A stretch of DNA of 33,604 bases from an uncultured Nitrospirota bacterium. Its GTDB lineage: Bacteria; Nitrospirota; Nitrospiria; SBBL01; CAZOFZ01. The notes beneath the pieces are model-generated. The model had not been told where the DNA came from, ran no database searches, and saw only the letters and a program-made list of their open reading frames with translations. Position numbers and translations under genes: made by a program. Positions 1 through 8,057 of this stretch are shown piece after piece (positions within the stretch are counted from its first letter, which is position 1; each line of letters opens with the position of its first letter). The stretch spans positions 1 through 33,604 of the forward strand of contig CAZOFZ010000005.1 in assembly GCA_964579175.1 (NCBI GenBank), in the 5' to 3' direction.

Positions 1-31
1 TTCTTTGTTTGTCGTTATTTTACTAGAAATG

Positions 32-61
32 TCAGACTAAGTCTAAACTATTACACGTCAA
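32..61 (-). promoter_or_regulatory. Leftward sigma70-like promoter overlapped by a 7-1-7 palindrome (target gene lies outside the window)
   Basis: Minus strand TTGACG (61-56), 16 nt, TAGTCT (39-34). Near-perfect inverted repeat TCAGACT-A-AGTCTAA at 32-46 covers the -10. Confidence 0.4.
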
Positions 62-94
62 TCCCCTTCCATCATTCAAACCGGAGGAACCGAT

Positions 95-255
95 ACGATC
101 AAAGCACATTTGGCCAGCACGACGCCACACATCCATGCTGGAATCAGGGTTTCCGATGAGTCGGAGAGGGCGTTGGCGAGGGAGTAGAACATGAGCCGGA
201 CGACGGTGAAGAACTGGCGGGGTCGTGATGATATACACGATCACCCCGGTCGTGC
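95..255 (+). pseudogene. Decayed N-terminal fragment of an IS481-family transposase
   Basis: GGAGG at 83-87, then ACG (likely mutated ATG) at 95. Frame reads IKAHLASTTPHIHAGIRVSDESERALARE*NMSRTTVKNWRGRDDIHD with an internal TAG at 185-187, resembling the IS481 HxxAxTTP...HTH...TVxKWxxR N-terminus. Confidence 0.55.
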
Positions 256-310
256 CTCGTCGCATCCATGTGGGGGGGGATCGTTACTGCGTGGCGCGTT
301 CACCGATCTT

Positions 311-1672
311 CTACTCCTGAATGGTTTTCCGGGCCGACTGTACCGGTCCCAGTCCCTTGAAAATCCGCCAACTCTTCAGCAGGTCCACCGCCTTTTCAAG
401 TTGAATATCTTCGGCCTCGGCCGATTCGTCGGTTACGGGCTCGATGCTGGTGGGCTCCGGCGTGTCCGAAGGAGGGGGGGGCGCGACAACGGGATCGGTC
501 TTCGGAAGATCGGAGACCGTATCGTTCTTAAGGTGCCGCTCCAGGTCCTTCTCGCGCAGGATCGCCTTCGCCTCTTTTGTCTCCGCAGGTTTTACCAGGA
601 TATCCGGTTCGATTCCGGTATTCTGGATGGAGCGGCCCTTGGGGGTGTAGTACTTGGCCGTTGTGAGACGAAGCGCCGAACCGTCCGACAGCGGCAGGAT
701 CGTCTGCACCGATCCCTTTCCGAATGTCGGCACGCCGACCACGACGGCCCGCCCCCAGTCCTGGAGCGCGCCCGACACGATTTCGGAGGCGCTGGCACTC
801 CCTTCATTGACCAACACAATCATCGGGATATCCTTGAAGGCGCCCGAACTCTTCGACAGATATTCGTCCTGTTTGGCATCCCGTCCCCGAATCGAGACAA
901 TCGTCTGGCCTCGCGGAAGAAACGCCTCCGAGACATCCACGGCCGAAGTCAGCAGTCCCCCCGGGTTGTTGCGTAGATCCAGAATCAGGGAGTGGATATT
1001 CTCTTCTCTGAGTTTGGACAGGGCGGTCAACATATCGGCGGCCGTCTGCTCCTGGAACTGTGTAAGACGCACATACCCGATCCCGGCCTCCAGCAGTTTC
1101 GATTTAACGCTCTGAATATGAATCGTCTCCCGCACCAACTTGAAGGTGAGCGTCGCCTGCTCTCGCTGGACCGTCAAGGTAACGGAGGTTCCCTCCGGCC
1201 CGCGCATCTTTCCAACGGCCTCCATCAAACTGCTCTCTTTTGTGAAGATATAGTCATCCACCTTCAGGATCGCATCCCCCGCCTTGATTCCAGCCTTGTC
1301 CGCCGGCGTCCCTTCGATGGGCGCGATGACCACGAGACGTCCCTCCTTGACGCCAATCTGGATCCCCAGCCCGCCAAACTCCCCCTTCGTATCCACCTGC
1401 ATCTCCTTGTAGACTTCCGGCGGCATGAACGAAGAGTGGGCATCCAGTGTGTTGAGCATCCCCTTGATAGCGCCACGGGAGAGCTCCTTAACGTCAACCG
1501 GCTCGACGTAACTCTTCTGCAGGGTCGAGAGCACCTCTGTAAAGACCTTCAGCTCCTCATAGGCATCCACCTCGGCCCGTACGCTACGGTCCCGAGAAAG
1601 CACCAGCAGGAGTAACGATCCAAACAGGATCACGGCCAGGAGGGCAACGCGTAGTTCCTTTCCGATCTTCAT
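311..1672 (-). CDS. ctpA: C-terminal processing protease (S41 family, PDZ)
   Basis: N-terminal TM segment, GEFGGLGI PDZ, DLRNNPGG, SASASEIV catalytic Ser, FGKGSVQ catalytic Lys. Start placed at ATG 1672 after GGAGA. Confidence 0.95.
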   Translation of the reverse strand: MKIGKELRVALLAVILFGSLLLLVLSRDRSVRAEVDAYEELKVFTEVLSTLQKSYVEPVDVKELSRGAIKGMLNTLDAHSSFMPPEVYKEMQVDTKGEFGGLGIQIGVKEGRLVVIAPIEGTPADKAGIKAGDAILKVDDYIFTKESSLMEAVGKMRGPEGTSVTLTVQREQATLTFKLVRETIHIQSVKSKLLEAGIGYVRLTQFQEQTAADMLTALSKLREENIHSLILDLRNNPGGLLTSAVDVSEAFLPRGQTIVSIRGRDAKQDEYLSKSSGAFKDIPMIVLVNEGSASASEIVSGALQDWGRAVVVGVPTFGKGSVQTILPLSDGSALRLTTAKYYTPKGRSIQNTGIEPDILVKPAETKEAKAILREKDLERHLKNDTVSDLPKTDPVVAPPPPSDTPEPTSIEPVTDESAEAEDIQLEKAVDLLKSWRIFKGLGPVQSARKTIQE

Positions 1673-1719
1673 TGTTTCTCCAGATATTGTCTTTTCCACT
1701 CTAATGGGGAGACCCCACC

Positions 1720-3006
1720 TTAATCCCGTTTCTTAAGCCAGGGGATGGGATCGAGCGGTTTCCCTTGATGTCGAATCTCAAAGTAAAGCCGGTCATCGGG
1801 TCTTTCGTTCCCCATCTCTCCAATCGGACGTTTCGCCTGCACACGATCGCCCACGGCCACCCATAGCTTTGAAAGGTGGCCATAGACGGAATAATAGTTT
1901 TCGCCGTGATCGACAATGACGACCCTGTCGTAGCCGCGAAATCCGTCGGCATAGATTACCACGCCGTCCGAAACGGCCCGGACCTCCCCACCCGCCATCT
2001 TCTTTTCGGACGGGTCAATCTCGATTCCCTTGCGATCTACATAGGCCTCGAACCGGGGGTGTTTTTGGCGCCCGAACAGGGCGACGACCCGTCCGTCATT
2101 CGGCCATCCCAGGCGTCCCTTGTTCCTGGAAAATTGGCCCGAGACATTTTTCTGATCGGGAACCTCCTTCTGAACCGCATTCTTCTTTTCCTCCAGACCC
2201 CGGATCAGTGCTTGAAGCTGCGTGGCCGATTCGTCCAGTTGAATCATTGCCTTCGCATAGAAGGCTTTTTCGTCTTCGATGTGCGCCAGAAGTTGGTCCT
2301 TTTTTGCCTTCTCCTCACGCATCTGGGCCATGGCTTGATCCAAGAACACCCGTTCCTGTCGCAAGGCGAGCGACATATCCTCCAGACGAGATGCCTGCTC
2401 TCGCAATTGTAATCTCTGCCGATTCAACCGTGCGAGTAGACCTTCCTCTTTTTCGGCAACACGACGTAAGTAGTAAAGCCGCCGATCAATTTGAGGGGCC
2501 TGCGTCGCCCCTCGCAGGGGTCGCACCCCCTCCACGGGCAAAGCCCGTGGAGCCTTCCCCTCAAGCTGCTTGATGAGTTGATTACCTCGAAACAGGGATA
2601 CAATGCCGAGGAGACCCTGAACCTTCTCCTTATAAAGCCTGCGCAGACGCATCGCAATCGTATTGTGCGATTTTCGAATATTTTGATTCAGACTCCGAAT
2701 GGTCTCGGAGAGTGCGATCCGGTCGGCGTCTTTTTTCCGGATGGCCCGTTCGATCTGCTCCACTTCTTTCTTGCGGAGTCGCAGACGGCGCTCCGTTTCC
2801 AAGAGGGAGGAGCGCGTCGAGGCCTCCTTTTTCAAAACGGCGCGCTTCCCCTTCCGTTTTTCCTCCAGGTCCTGCCTGACCTGCTCCAGGGCCTTCTTCT
2901 CTTTTTGAATCTGCTGTTGAATGTCCGGCCCCTTCGACCAGCCCGTCTCGCCCCACAGCAAAATCAGCAGGAGGCAGAACGCGCGACATGCCATTCCAGC
3001 CTGCAT
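1720..3006 (-). CDS. envC: Murein hydrolase activator EnvC (coiled coil plus degenerate M23/LytM domain)
   Basis: Signal peptide, long coiled coil, C-terminal WPNDG/YGHLS/LYFEIR M23 domain lacking most Zn ligands. Follows ftsEX; ATG at 3006 overlaps the ftsX stop. Confidence 0.9.
   Translation of the reverse strand: MQAGMACRAFCLLLILLWGETGWSKGPDIQQQIQKEKKALEQVRQDLEEKRKGKRAVLKKEASTRSSLLETERRLRLRKKEVEQIERAIRKKDADRIALSETIRSLNQNIRKSHNTIAMRLRRLYKEKVQGLLGIVSLFRGNQLIKQLEGKAPRALPVEGVRPLRGATQAPQIDRRLYYLRRVAEKEEGLLARLNRQRLQLREQASRLEDMSLALRQERVFLDQAMAQMREEKAKKDQLLAHIEDEKAFYAKAMIQLDESATQLQALIRGLEEKKNAVQKEVPDQKNVSGQFSRNKGRLGWPNDGRVVALFGRQKHPRFEAYVDRKGIEIDPSEKKMAGGEVRAVSDGVVIYADGFRGYDRVVIVDHGENYYSVYGHLSKLWVAVGDRVQAKRPIGEMGNERPDDRLYFEIRHQGKPLDPIPWLKKRD
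2485..2574. repeat. Multi-hairpin palindromic element (family B) inserted in frame in envC
   Basis: Outer stem TTGAGGGG/CCCCTCAA; inner hairpins CCTGCG/CGCAGG and CTCCACGGGC-AAA-GCCCGTGGAG. Clearly similar to intergenic copies at 21253-21422. Confidence 0.85.
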
Positions 3007-3902
3007 CAGGACCGCCTGATCGAAACGAAACTGCCCAAGCCCCCCAACCCGGCCCCTGCAATGGCGAAACCCGGAAGGAATGGGAGGGGAAAAAAATGGA
3101 GCGTGATCGGCATGACGCCCAGCGGAATGCCGGCCAACGCCACGTTGGCAATCTGGACGACGAGAAAAAGTAGAAGGAGGGAGAGCCATCCCCCCAGGAA
3201 ACCGGCCAGCGATCCTTCCAGCAGGAATGGAACAATAATGAACGAGCGCGTGGCCCCCATCAGACGCATCACCGCCACCTCTTCCGCGCGGCTGTGGAGG
3301 TGAAGTCGAATCGCATTGGCCACGATCGTGATTACCGCAACGGCCAGCAGACATCCGATTCCTCCCCCGATACGTCCCAAAAGTCTCAGGAAGCCATCCA
3401 GCTCTTGCAGCCACTCTGCGGTGTAACGGACCTCTTCGACACCGGACATCTTTTTGTAGCGATCCACGATCCGCTTGAATGGGGCGGGTGCCTGGTCGGA
3501 CGCTTTGACCTGCACCTCGAACGAGGCGGGGAACGGATTTTCCCCCAGGCCGGTTAACAACGCATCATCGCGATAGGTGTCCTTGAACCACTGCAGGGCC
3601 TCCTGCTTGGAAATATAGGAAAAAGAGGCAATGCGCGCATCCGAAGCCAGGGCCGCTTCGATCCGACGCGCCGCATCTCCTCCCTCTTTTTCCCCAGAAT
3701 CTCCAGAATCTCGTAGATAGACACTGAAATGGACCTCCCTCCGCAACGCATGTAGGAGATAGTCAATATTATAGTAGAACAGTAAAAAAAGGCCAAACAG
3801 GATCAAGGGACAACTGAGAGAAAGGAGCAGAAAGGATGCCTTCCAGCGATCGCTCCAAATGTTGTCCGCCGTCTTTTTAAGAAAATAGGACAGGTGTTTC
3901 AT
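3006..3902 (-). CDS. ftsX: Cell division ABC permease FtsX
   Basis: 4-TM layout, ENPFPASFEV loop, NAIRL...EVAVMRLMGAT...PFLLEG motif; follows ftsE. Confidence 0.93.
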   Translation of the reverse strand: MKHLSYFLKKTADNIWSDRWKASFLLLSLSCPLILFGLFLLFYYNIDYLLHALRREVHFSVYLRDSGDSGEKEGGDAARRIEAALASDARIASFSYISKQEALQWFKDTYRDDALLTGLGENPFPASFEVQVKASDQAPAPFKRIVDRYKKMSGVEEVRYTAEWLQELDGFLRLLGRIGGGIGCLLAVAVITIVANAIRLHLHSRAEEVAVMRLMGATRSFIIVPFLLEGSLAGFLGGWLSLLLLFLVVQIANVALAGIPLGVMPITLHFFPLPFLPGFAIAGAGLGGLGSFVSIRRS

Positions 3903-4575
3903 CGTTCTCGACGATCTCTCCCCGCCGCAGCATCAGTGTTCTGGGGCCGGGGATGGACTGGGAGGCCATTTTGGGGATCCGTGCACGCTGGTGCGTGGCC
4001 ACGATCAGGGTGGTTCCCATCGCATGGATATCTTTAAACAACGTCATTATCTCGTCCGCCAGGGTGTCATCCAGGCTGCCGGTCGGTTCATCCGCCAACA
4101 CCAGGGCGGGACGATGGACGAGGGCGCGGGCAATGGCAACGCGCTGCCGCTCTCCCCCCGACAGGGCAGGTGGCCGCTGTTTGTACTGGCGTTCCAGATG
4201 GACCAGACTTAACACGTCCAGAACGCGCTTGCGAATCTCGCGCGCCGGGACCCCCGCGATCCGCATCGGTAACCCGACGTTTTCGTAAACGGTCTGACGC
4301 GCGATCAGTCTGAAATCCTGGAAGATAAACCCGATCTTTCGGCGCAGCGCGGGGAGGTCGCCCTCTTTGAGGCGGGAGATGTTTCGTCCGTCGAACAGAA
4401 TCTGTCCGCGGTCGGCCTGTTCTTCGCACAAGATCAGTTTCAGCAGCGTTGACTTTCCCGCCCCGCTTTCTCCGACCAGAAAAACGAACTCCCCTTTTTC
4501 GATCTTCAGACTGGCGTCCGAAAGCACCGGCGGGCCGACCCCATATCGCTTATGAATATGGAAGAGTTGGATCAT
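3877..4575 (-). CDS. ftsE: Cell division ATP-binding protein FtsE
   Basis: Walker A GESGAGKST, FQDFRLI, LSGGERQRVAIARA, ADEPTG, ATH. Confidence 0.95.
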   Translation of the reverse strand: MIQLFHIHKRYGVGPPVLSDASLKIEKGEFVFLVGESGAGKSTLLKLILCEEQADRGQILFDGRNISRLKEGDLPALRRKIGFIFQDFRLIARQTVYENVGLPMRIAGVPAREIRKRVLDVLSLVHLERQYKQRPPALSGGERQRVAIARALVHRPALVLADEPTGSLDDTLADEIMTLFKDIHAMGTTLIVATHQRARIPKMASQSIPGPRTLMLRRGEIVENDETPVLFS

Positions 4576-4580
4576 GCCAC

Positions 4581-4722
4581 GGGCACCTCTAAAAACCTAC
4601 TGTGCGGCCAAACTGCTGCGTTGCGCGGTGCTCGGAATCCTCATGTACACAGCGTACATTCCGGTTCCTGTGCTCCGTGCGCCTTGCATTTTGGCCGCTC
4701 GTGACGGTTTTTAGAGGCGCCC
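4581..4722. mobile_element. MITE family A, full-length copy (142 bp, 17-bp terminal inverted repeats, ERIC-like core)
   Basis: GGGCACCTCTAAAAACC ... GGTTTTTAGAGGCGCCC with one mismatch; internal palindrome centred on TGTAC-N-GTACA. Closely similar copy at 33404-33557. Confidence 0.85.
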
Positions 4723-4728
4723 CACATG

Positions 4729-5088
4729 CTAGCGCAGACGGTCCGACAACTCAAACGCATTCTGAAAGAGGGTAACTTGGGCCCCCTCCGCCCCCTGCTG
4801 CACGGCCACCACGTCGAAGCGACAGGGGCATCCATCCGGGTACTTCCGGCTCAGATAAAGCAAGGCACTGCGGGAGAGTTTTTCCTGCTTGCGCAAATCC
4901 ACGGCCAGTTCGGGCGTGCCGAACTGCCCCCCCGACCGCGCCTTGACCTCAACAAAAACGACGGTCGCTCCCTCTTTTGCGACGATGTCAATTTCACCCT
5001 GATCCGTCCTGAAATTGCGTGTCAGGATGACATAACCCCGTTTTTGAAGGAAGCGGGCCGCGATCTCTTCCCCCTCCGCACCGGTCAT
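4729..5088 (-). CDS. yraN: YraN / UPF0102 family nuclease-like protein
   Basis: GAEGE...RNFR...GEIDIVA...VFVEVKAR...CRFDVVA; typical position after rnhB. Confidence 0.93.
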   Translation of the reverse strand: MTGAEGEEIAARFLQKRGYVILTRNFRTDQGEIDIVAKEGATVVFVEVKARSGGQFGTPELAVDLRKQEKLSRSALLYLSRKYPDGCPCRFDVVAVQQGAEGAQVTLFQNAFELSDRLR

Positions 5089-5732
5089 TTTACGCCACGG
5101 AATGTTTTGCGATGCAACCGGCAGGGGCCATACTTTTGGATGTTACTCAGATGCTCCGCCGTCGGATATCCCTTGTGCTTCTTAAAATTGTACTGCGGAA
5201 ATTCGTCGTGGTAGGCACACATCAGGCGATCCCGTGTGACCTTCGCCAGAATGGAAGCGGCGGCGATGCTGACGGAACGTTGATCCCCTCGAATGATACC
5301 CCGCTGCGGGGTGGAGACCTTCGGGAGCGTGAGCGCATCAATCAGGAGATAATCGGGCAGCAGGTAATCGGGCGGGGCGGGGAGTTGGTGCAGCGCCTCC
5401 TGCATGGCCTGATAGGTGGCCTGCAGGATGTTGATTCTGTCAATGACATCCGACGTCACGATGCCGACGCCAAAACTCAAGGCACCCTGTGTAATCTGAT
5501 GAAAGAGTTCCTCGCGTTGACGCGCGGAGAGCTGCTTGGAGTCGCGTATTCCGGGAAGGGTCGTATAGGGAGCGGGCAGGATGACGGCCGCAGCCACCAC
5601 GGGGCCCGCAAGGGGGCCACGACCTGCCTCATCCAGTCCGCAGATGGACGAATAACCGGAGCTGTGCAGCGCCCGTTCTTCCGAAGACATTTCAAACAGG
5701 CGCTGCGCCTCAGCTAGATGCGGCGGATCCAT
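5085..5732 (-). CDS. rnhB: Ribonuclease HII
   Basis: GLDEAGRGPLAGPVVAAAV, DSKQLS, SIAAASILAKVTRD, HKGYPT, HRKTF. Start codon approximate. Confidence 0.95.
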   Translation of the reverse strand: MDPPHLAEAQRLFEMSSEERALHSSGYSSICGLDEAGRGPLAGPVVAAAVILPAPYTTLPGIRDSKQLSARQREELFHQITQGALSFGVGIVTSDVIDRINILQATYQAMQEALHQLPAPPDYLLPDYLLIDALTLPKVSTPQRGIIRGDQRSVSIAAASILAKVTRDRLMCAYHDEFPQYNFKKHKGYPTAEHLSNIQKYGPCRLHRKTFRGVK

Positions 5733-6186
5733 TCGATATGGCTGACATGGCCGATGTGGCTGGTTCGGTTGCGACTTCCACCGGTGCCGGTCCTGCGCCC
5801 GTGGCGGAAACCTTGGCGGACTTGGGGCCCTTGACGATGACCCGGCGCTTTTCGGCCAGTTTCGCGGCACGGCCCGTTCGACTGCGCAGATCGTAGAGCT
5901 TTGCCCGACAGACGTTCCCTTCCCGGACCACGTCAATCTGGGTGATATAGGGGGAATAGAGCGGGAAGATACGCTCCACCCAAATCCCAAAAGAAGATTT
6001 TCGGACGGTAAAGGTCTGCCGGTTGCGGGTCCCTTTTTGGCGCATTACCACCCCTTCGTAGACCTGTATCCGCTCTTTTTCTCCCTCGACAATTTTCACA
6101 TGCACCCGCACCGTATTACCGATGGTCACACTGCGAGGCACCAACTTGCCTGTCTCAAAACGTTCAATACGCTCGATCTGGTTCAT
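5710..6186 (-). CDS. rplS: 50S ribosomal protein L19 with Ala/Ser-rich C-terminal extension
   Basis: VRVHVKIVEGEKERIQVYEG, TFTVRK, VERIFP, RAKLY; GGAGG before ATG 6186. Confidence 0.95.
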   Translation of the reverse strand: MNQIERIERFETGKLVPRSVTIGNTVRVHVKIVEGEKERIQVYEGVVMRQKGTRNRQTFTVRKSSFGIWVERIFPLYSPYITQIDVVREGNVCRAKLYDLRSRTGRAAKLAEKRRVIVKGPKSAKVSATGAGPAPVEVATEPATSAMSAISNGSAASS

Positions 6187-6194
6187 CGTTCCTC

Positions 6195-6938
6195 CTATTT
6201 GCGAAATTCTCCGTCCAGCGCCTGCTCCAGCCAATCCCGCTCCGCATCGCTTAAAACAAGCCGCTCGAACAGGTCGGGTCGCTTCCTGCGTGTATTTAAA
6301 ATGGCCTGCCCCCTGCGCCAGGTGCGGATCGCCTGATGATTCCCGGAGGTCAGCACGTCGGGCACCGCCATCCCATTCAGGACAGCCGGGCGCGTGTAGT
6401 GCGGATACTCCAGAAGATGGGAGACGAAGGACTCTTCCTCCACCGATTCGGGATCGCCCAAGACACCCGGAATCAGACGGGTGGCCGCGTCAATCATCGC
6501 CAGGGCGGCCAGCTCCCCGCCCGTCAGAATGTAGTCTCCGATGGAGACCTCTTCCAGCAGCGTCCCATCGTTGACCCGCGCATCGATCCCCTCATAGTGA
6601 CCGCAGACGAAGACCAGACTTCCGGGCTCTTCGGAGAACGCCCTGGCCATGCTCTGATCGAACACCCGCCCCTGGGGCGAGAGGAGGAGGACACGTACCG
6701 CAGCACGTTGTCTCCGGACCGCTTCCAGCGCGGCGAAAATCGGTTCCGCCTTGAGCACCATTCCGGGACCGCCACCATAGGGGGCATCGTCCGTAACGTG
6801 GTGTTTGTCTTGCGCAAAGTCGCGCAAGGAGTGCACGCGCGCATCCAAAAGCCCCGCCTTTCTGGCGCGCCCCAGAATGCTGTAGTCGAGCACCGTACCC
6901 ACCATCTCCGGAAAGAGGGTGATCACATCACACTGCAT
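6195..6938 (-). CDS. trmD: tRNA (guanine37-N1)-methyltransferase
   Basis: TLFPE, DDAPYGGGPGM, CGHYEGIDAR, SIGDYILTGGE, YPHYTRP, SGNH. Confidence 0.97.
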   Translation of the reverse strand: MQCDVITLFPEMVGTVLDYSILGRARKAGLLDARVHSLRDFAQDKHHVTDDAPYGGGPGMVLKAEPIFAALEAVRRQRAAVRVLLLSPQGRVFDQSMARAFSEEPGSLVFVCGHYEGIDARVNDGTLLEEVSIGDYILTGGELAALAMIDAATRLIPGVLGDPESVEEESFVSHLLEYPHYTRPAVLNGMAVPDVLTSGNHQAIRTWRRGQAILNTRRKRPDLFERLVLSDAERDWLEQALDGEFRK

Positions 6939-7449
6939 CGGGGCTCATCCATTCCGAGAGCGTGCGGACGGTCATTCTGCCCGCGACGACATTGATTTCC
7001 TTGACGATGCTGGCCAGCGCGGGGATCAGATATTCCTTCCCCCGTTCCCGCGCCTGGACCACGTAAACGTCGTTGCTCCCCGTTTCAAAAATGGAAGCGA
7101 CCTGGCCCAGCATCCGTCCATCCTCCTGGTAGACGGCAAGTCCCTCGATCTGATCCCGATAGAAACTGCCATCCGGCAGCGGCATCCGCTCGGTCTCCGG
7201 GATTTGGATCGAACCGTCTCTGAAAGACTCCACCGCATCGCATGAGTCATGCCCGTGGAAGGTGATATAGACAAATCGGTGATCGCTGCGTGTATTCCGG
7301 ATGCGGCAGGGAAGCGACCGACCCTCTTTTGTGACCACCGTAACCGCATCCCGTGTCTTGAAGCGATCTGGGAAATCGGTCAGGGGGAGCACCCGCAACT
7401 CACCGCGCAACCCGACCGGTTTCAGGATTTTTCCGATCGTGACGTCCAT
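6928..7449 (-). CDS. rimM: 16S rRNA processing protein RimM
   Basis: IGKI..PVGLRGELRV..LTDFPDRF, PRC barrel ETGSNDVYVV, YLIPA. Confidence 0.95.
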   Translation of the reverse strand: MDVTIGKILKPVGLRGELRVLPLTDFPDRFKTRDAVTVVTKEGRSLPCRIRNTRSDHRFVYITFHGHDSCDAVESFRDGSIQIPETERMPLPDGSFYRDQIEGLAVYQEDGRMLGQVASIFETGSNDVYVVQARERGKEYLIPALASIVKEINVVAGRMTVRTLSEWMSPDAV

Positions 7450-7453
7450 CTTC

Positions 7454-7684
7454 CTACTCTAAAATTTCCAGCACGCACCGTTTCCCCAACTTCACCCCCG
7501 CAGCGTTTAAAAGAGTGCGCATGGAGCGTGCCGTTCTGCCCTGCTTGCCAATCACCTTGCCCAGGTCTTCCTGCGCCACCCGCAACTCGATAATGCTGGT
7601 CTTTTCACCTTCCGTTTCCTTGACCACAACGCTCTCCGGCCGATCCACCAACGATTTCACGATGTATTCGATGAGCTCTTTCAT
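7454..7684 (-). CDS. khpA: KH-domain RNA-binding protein (YlqC/KhpA)
   Basis: [14 protein letters not shown]...[13 protein letters not shown]; lies between rpsP and rimM. Confidence 0.93.
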   Translation of the reverse strand: MKELIEYIVKSLVDRPESVVVKETEGEKTSIIELRVAQEDLGKVIGKQGRTARSMRTLLNAAGVKLGKRCVLEILE

Positions 7685-7727
7685 GGCCACCTCCACGATC
7701 ATCCACGATCATCGCGTGAGAAGAAAG

Positions 7728-8027
7728 TTAGGGCTGTTCCGGTTGTACCCGTTCCTCCGCAGGCTTCGTCTTCGCATCGGATGCCTTCTGAAACAGATGC
7801 AATTTTGAAAAGATGCTCCGTGCCGTATCCGACACTTCGGCGCCGCGATTCAACCAATCCACTGCGCGCGCCTCGTTCACCTTCAGTACGGCGGACCGCA
7901 CGGGATCGTAATATCCCAGAATTTCGAGCGACTTCCCGTCCCGCGGCGACTGACTGTCCGCCGCCACAATGCGATAAAAGGGGCGCTTGTGCCGCCCCAC
8001 CCGTGTTAACCTGATTTTGACTGCCAC
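7728..8027 (-). CDS. rpsP: 30S ribosomal protein S16
   Basis: VKIRLTRVG...PFYRIVAADS.SPRDG..LEILGYYDP; AAGGAG before the GTG. Confidence 0.97.
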   Translation of the reverse strand: MAVKIRLTRVGRHKRPFYRIVAADSQSPRDGKSLEILGYYDPVRSAVLKVNEARAVDWLNRGAEVSDTARSIFSKLHLFQKASDAKTKPAEERVQPEQP

Positions 8028-8057
8028 AGATATCTCCTTATATTGTTATAACCCGAC

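Noticed and set aside
191-976. Long plus-strand ORFs antisense to real genes (also 2491-3303, 17341-18558, 23939-24778, 30694-31743)
   Set aside because: Shadow ORFs expected in GC-rich DNA; no motifs. Only the first ~20 codons of 191-976 belong to the IS481 relic.
3007-3414. N-terminal extensions of envC, rnhB (to 5990), rnhA (to 20516) and amgK (to 30466) in the ORF track
   Set aside because: They overlap upstream genes, and better coupled or RBS-supported starts exist downstream.
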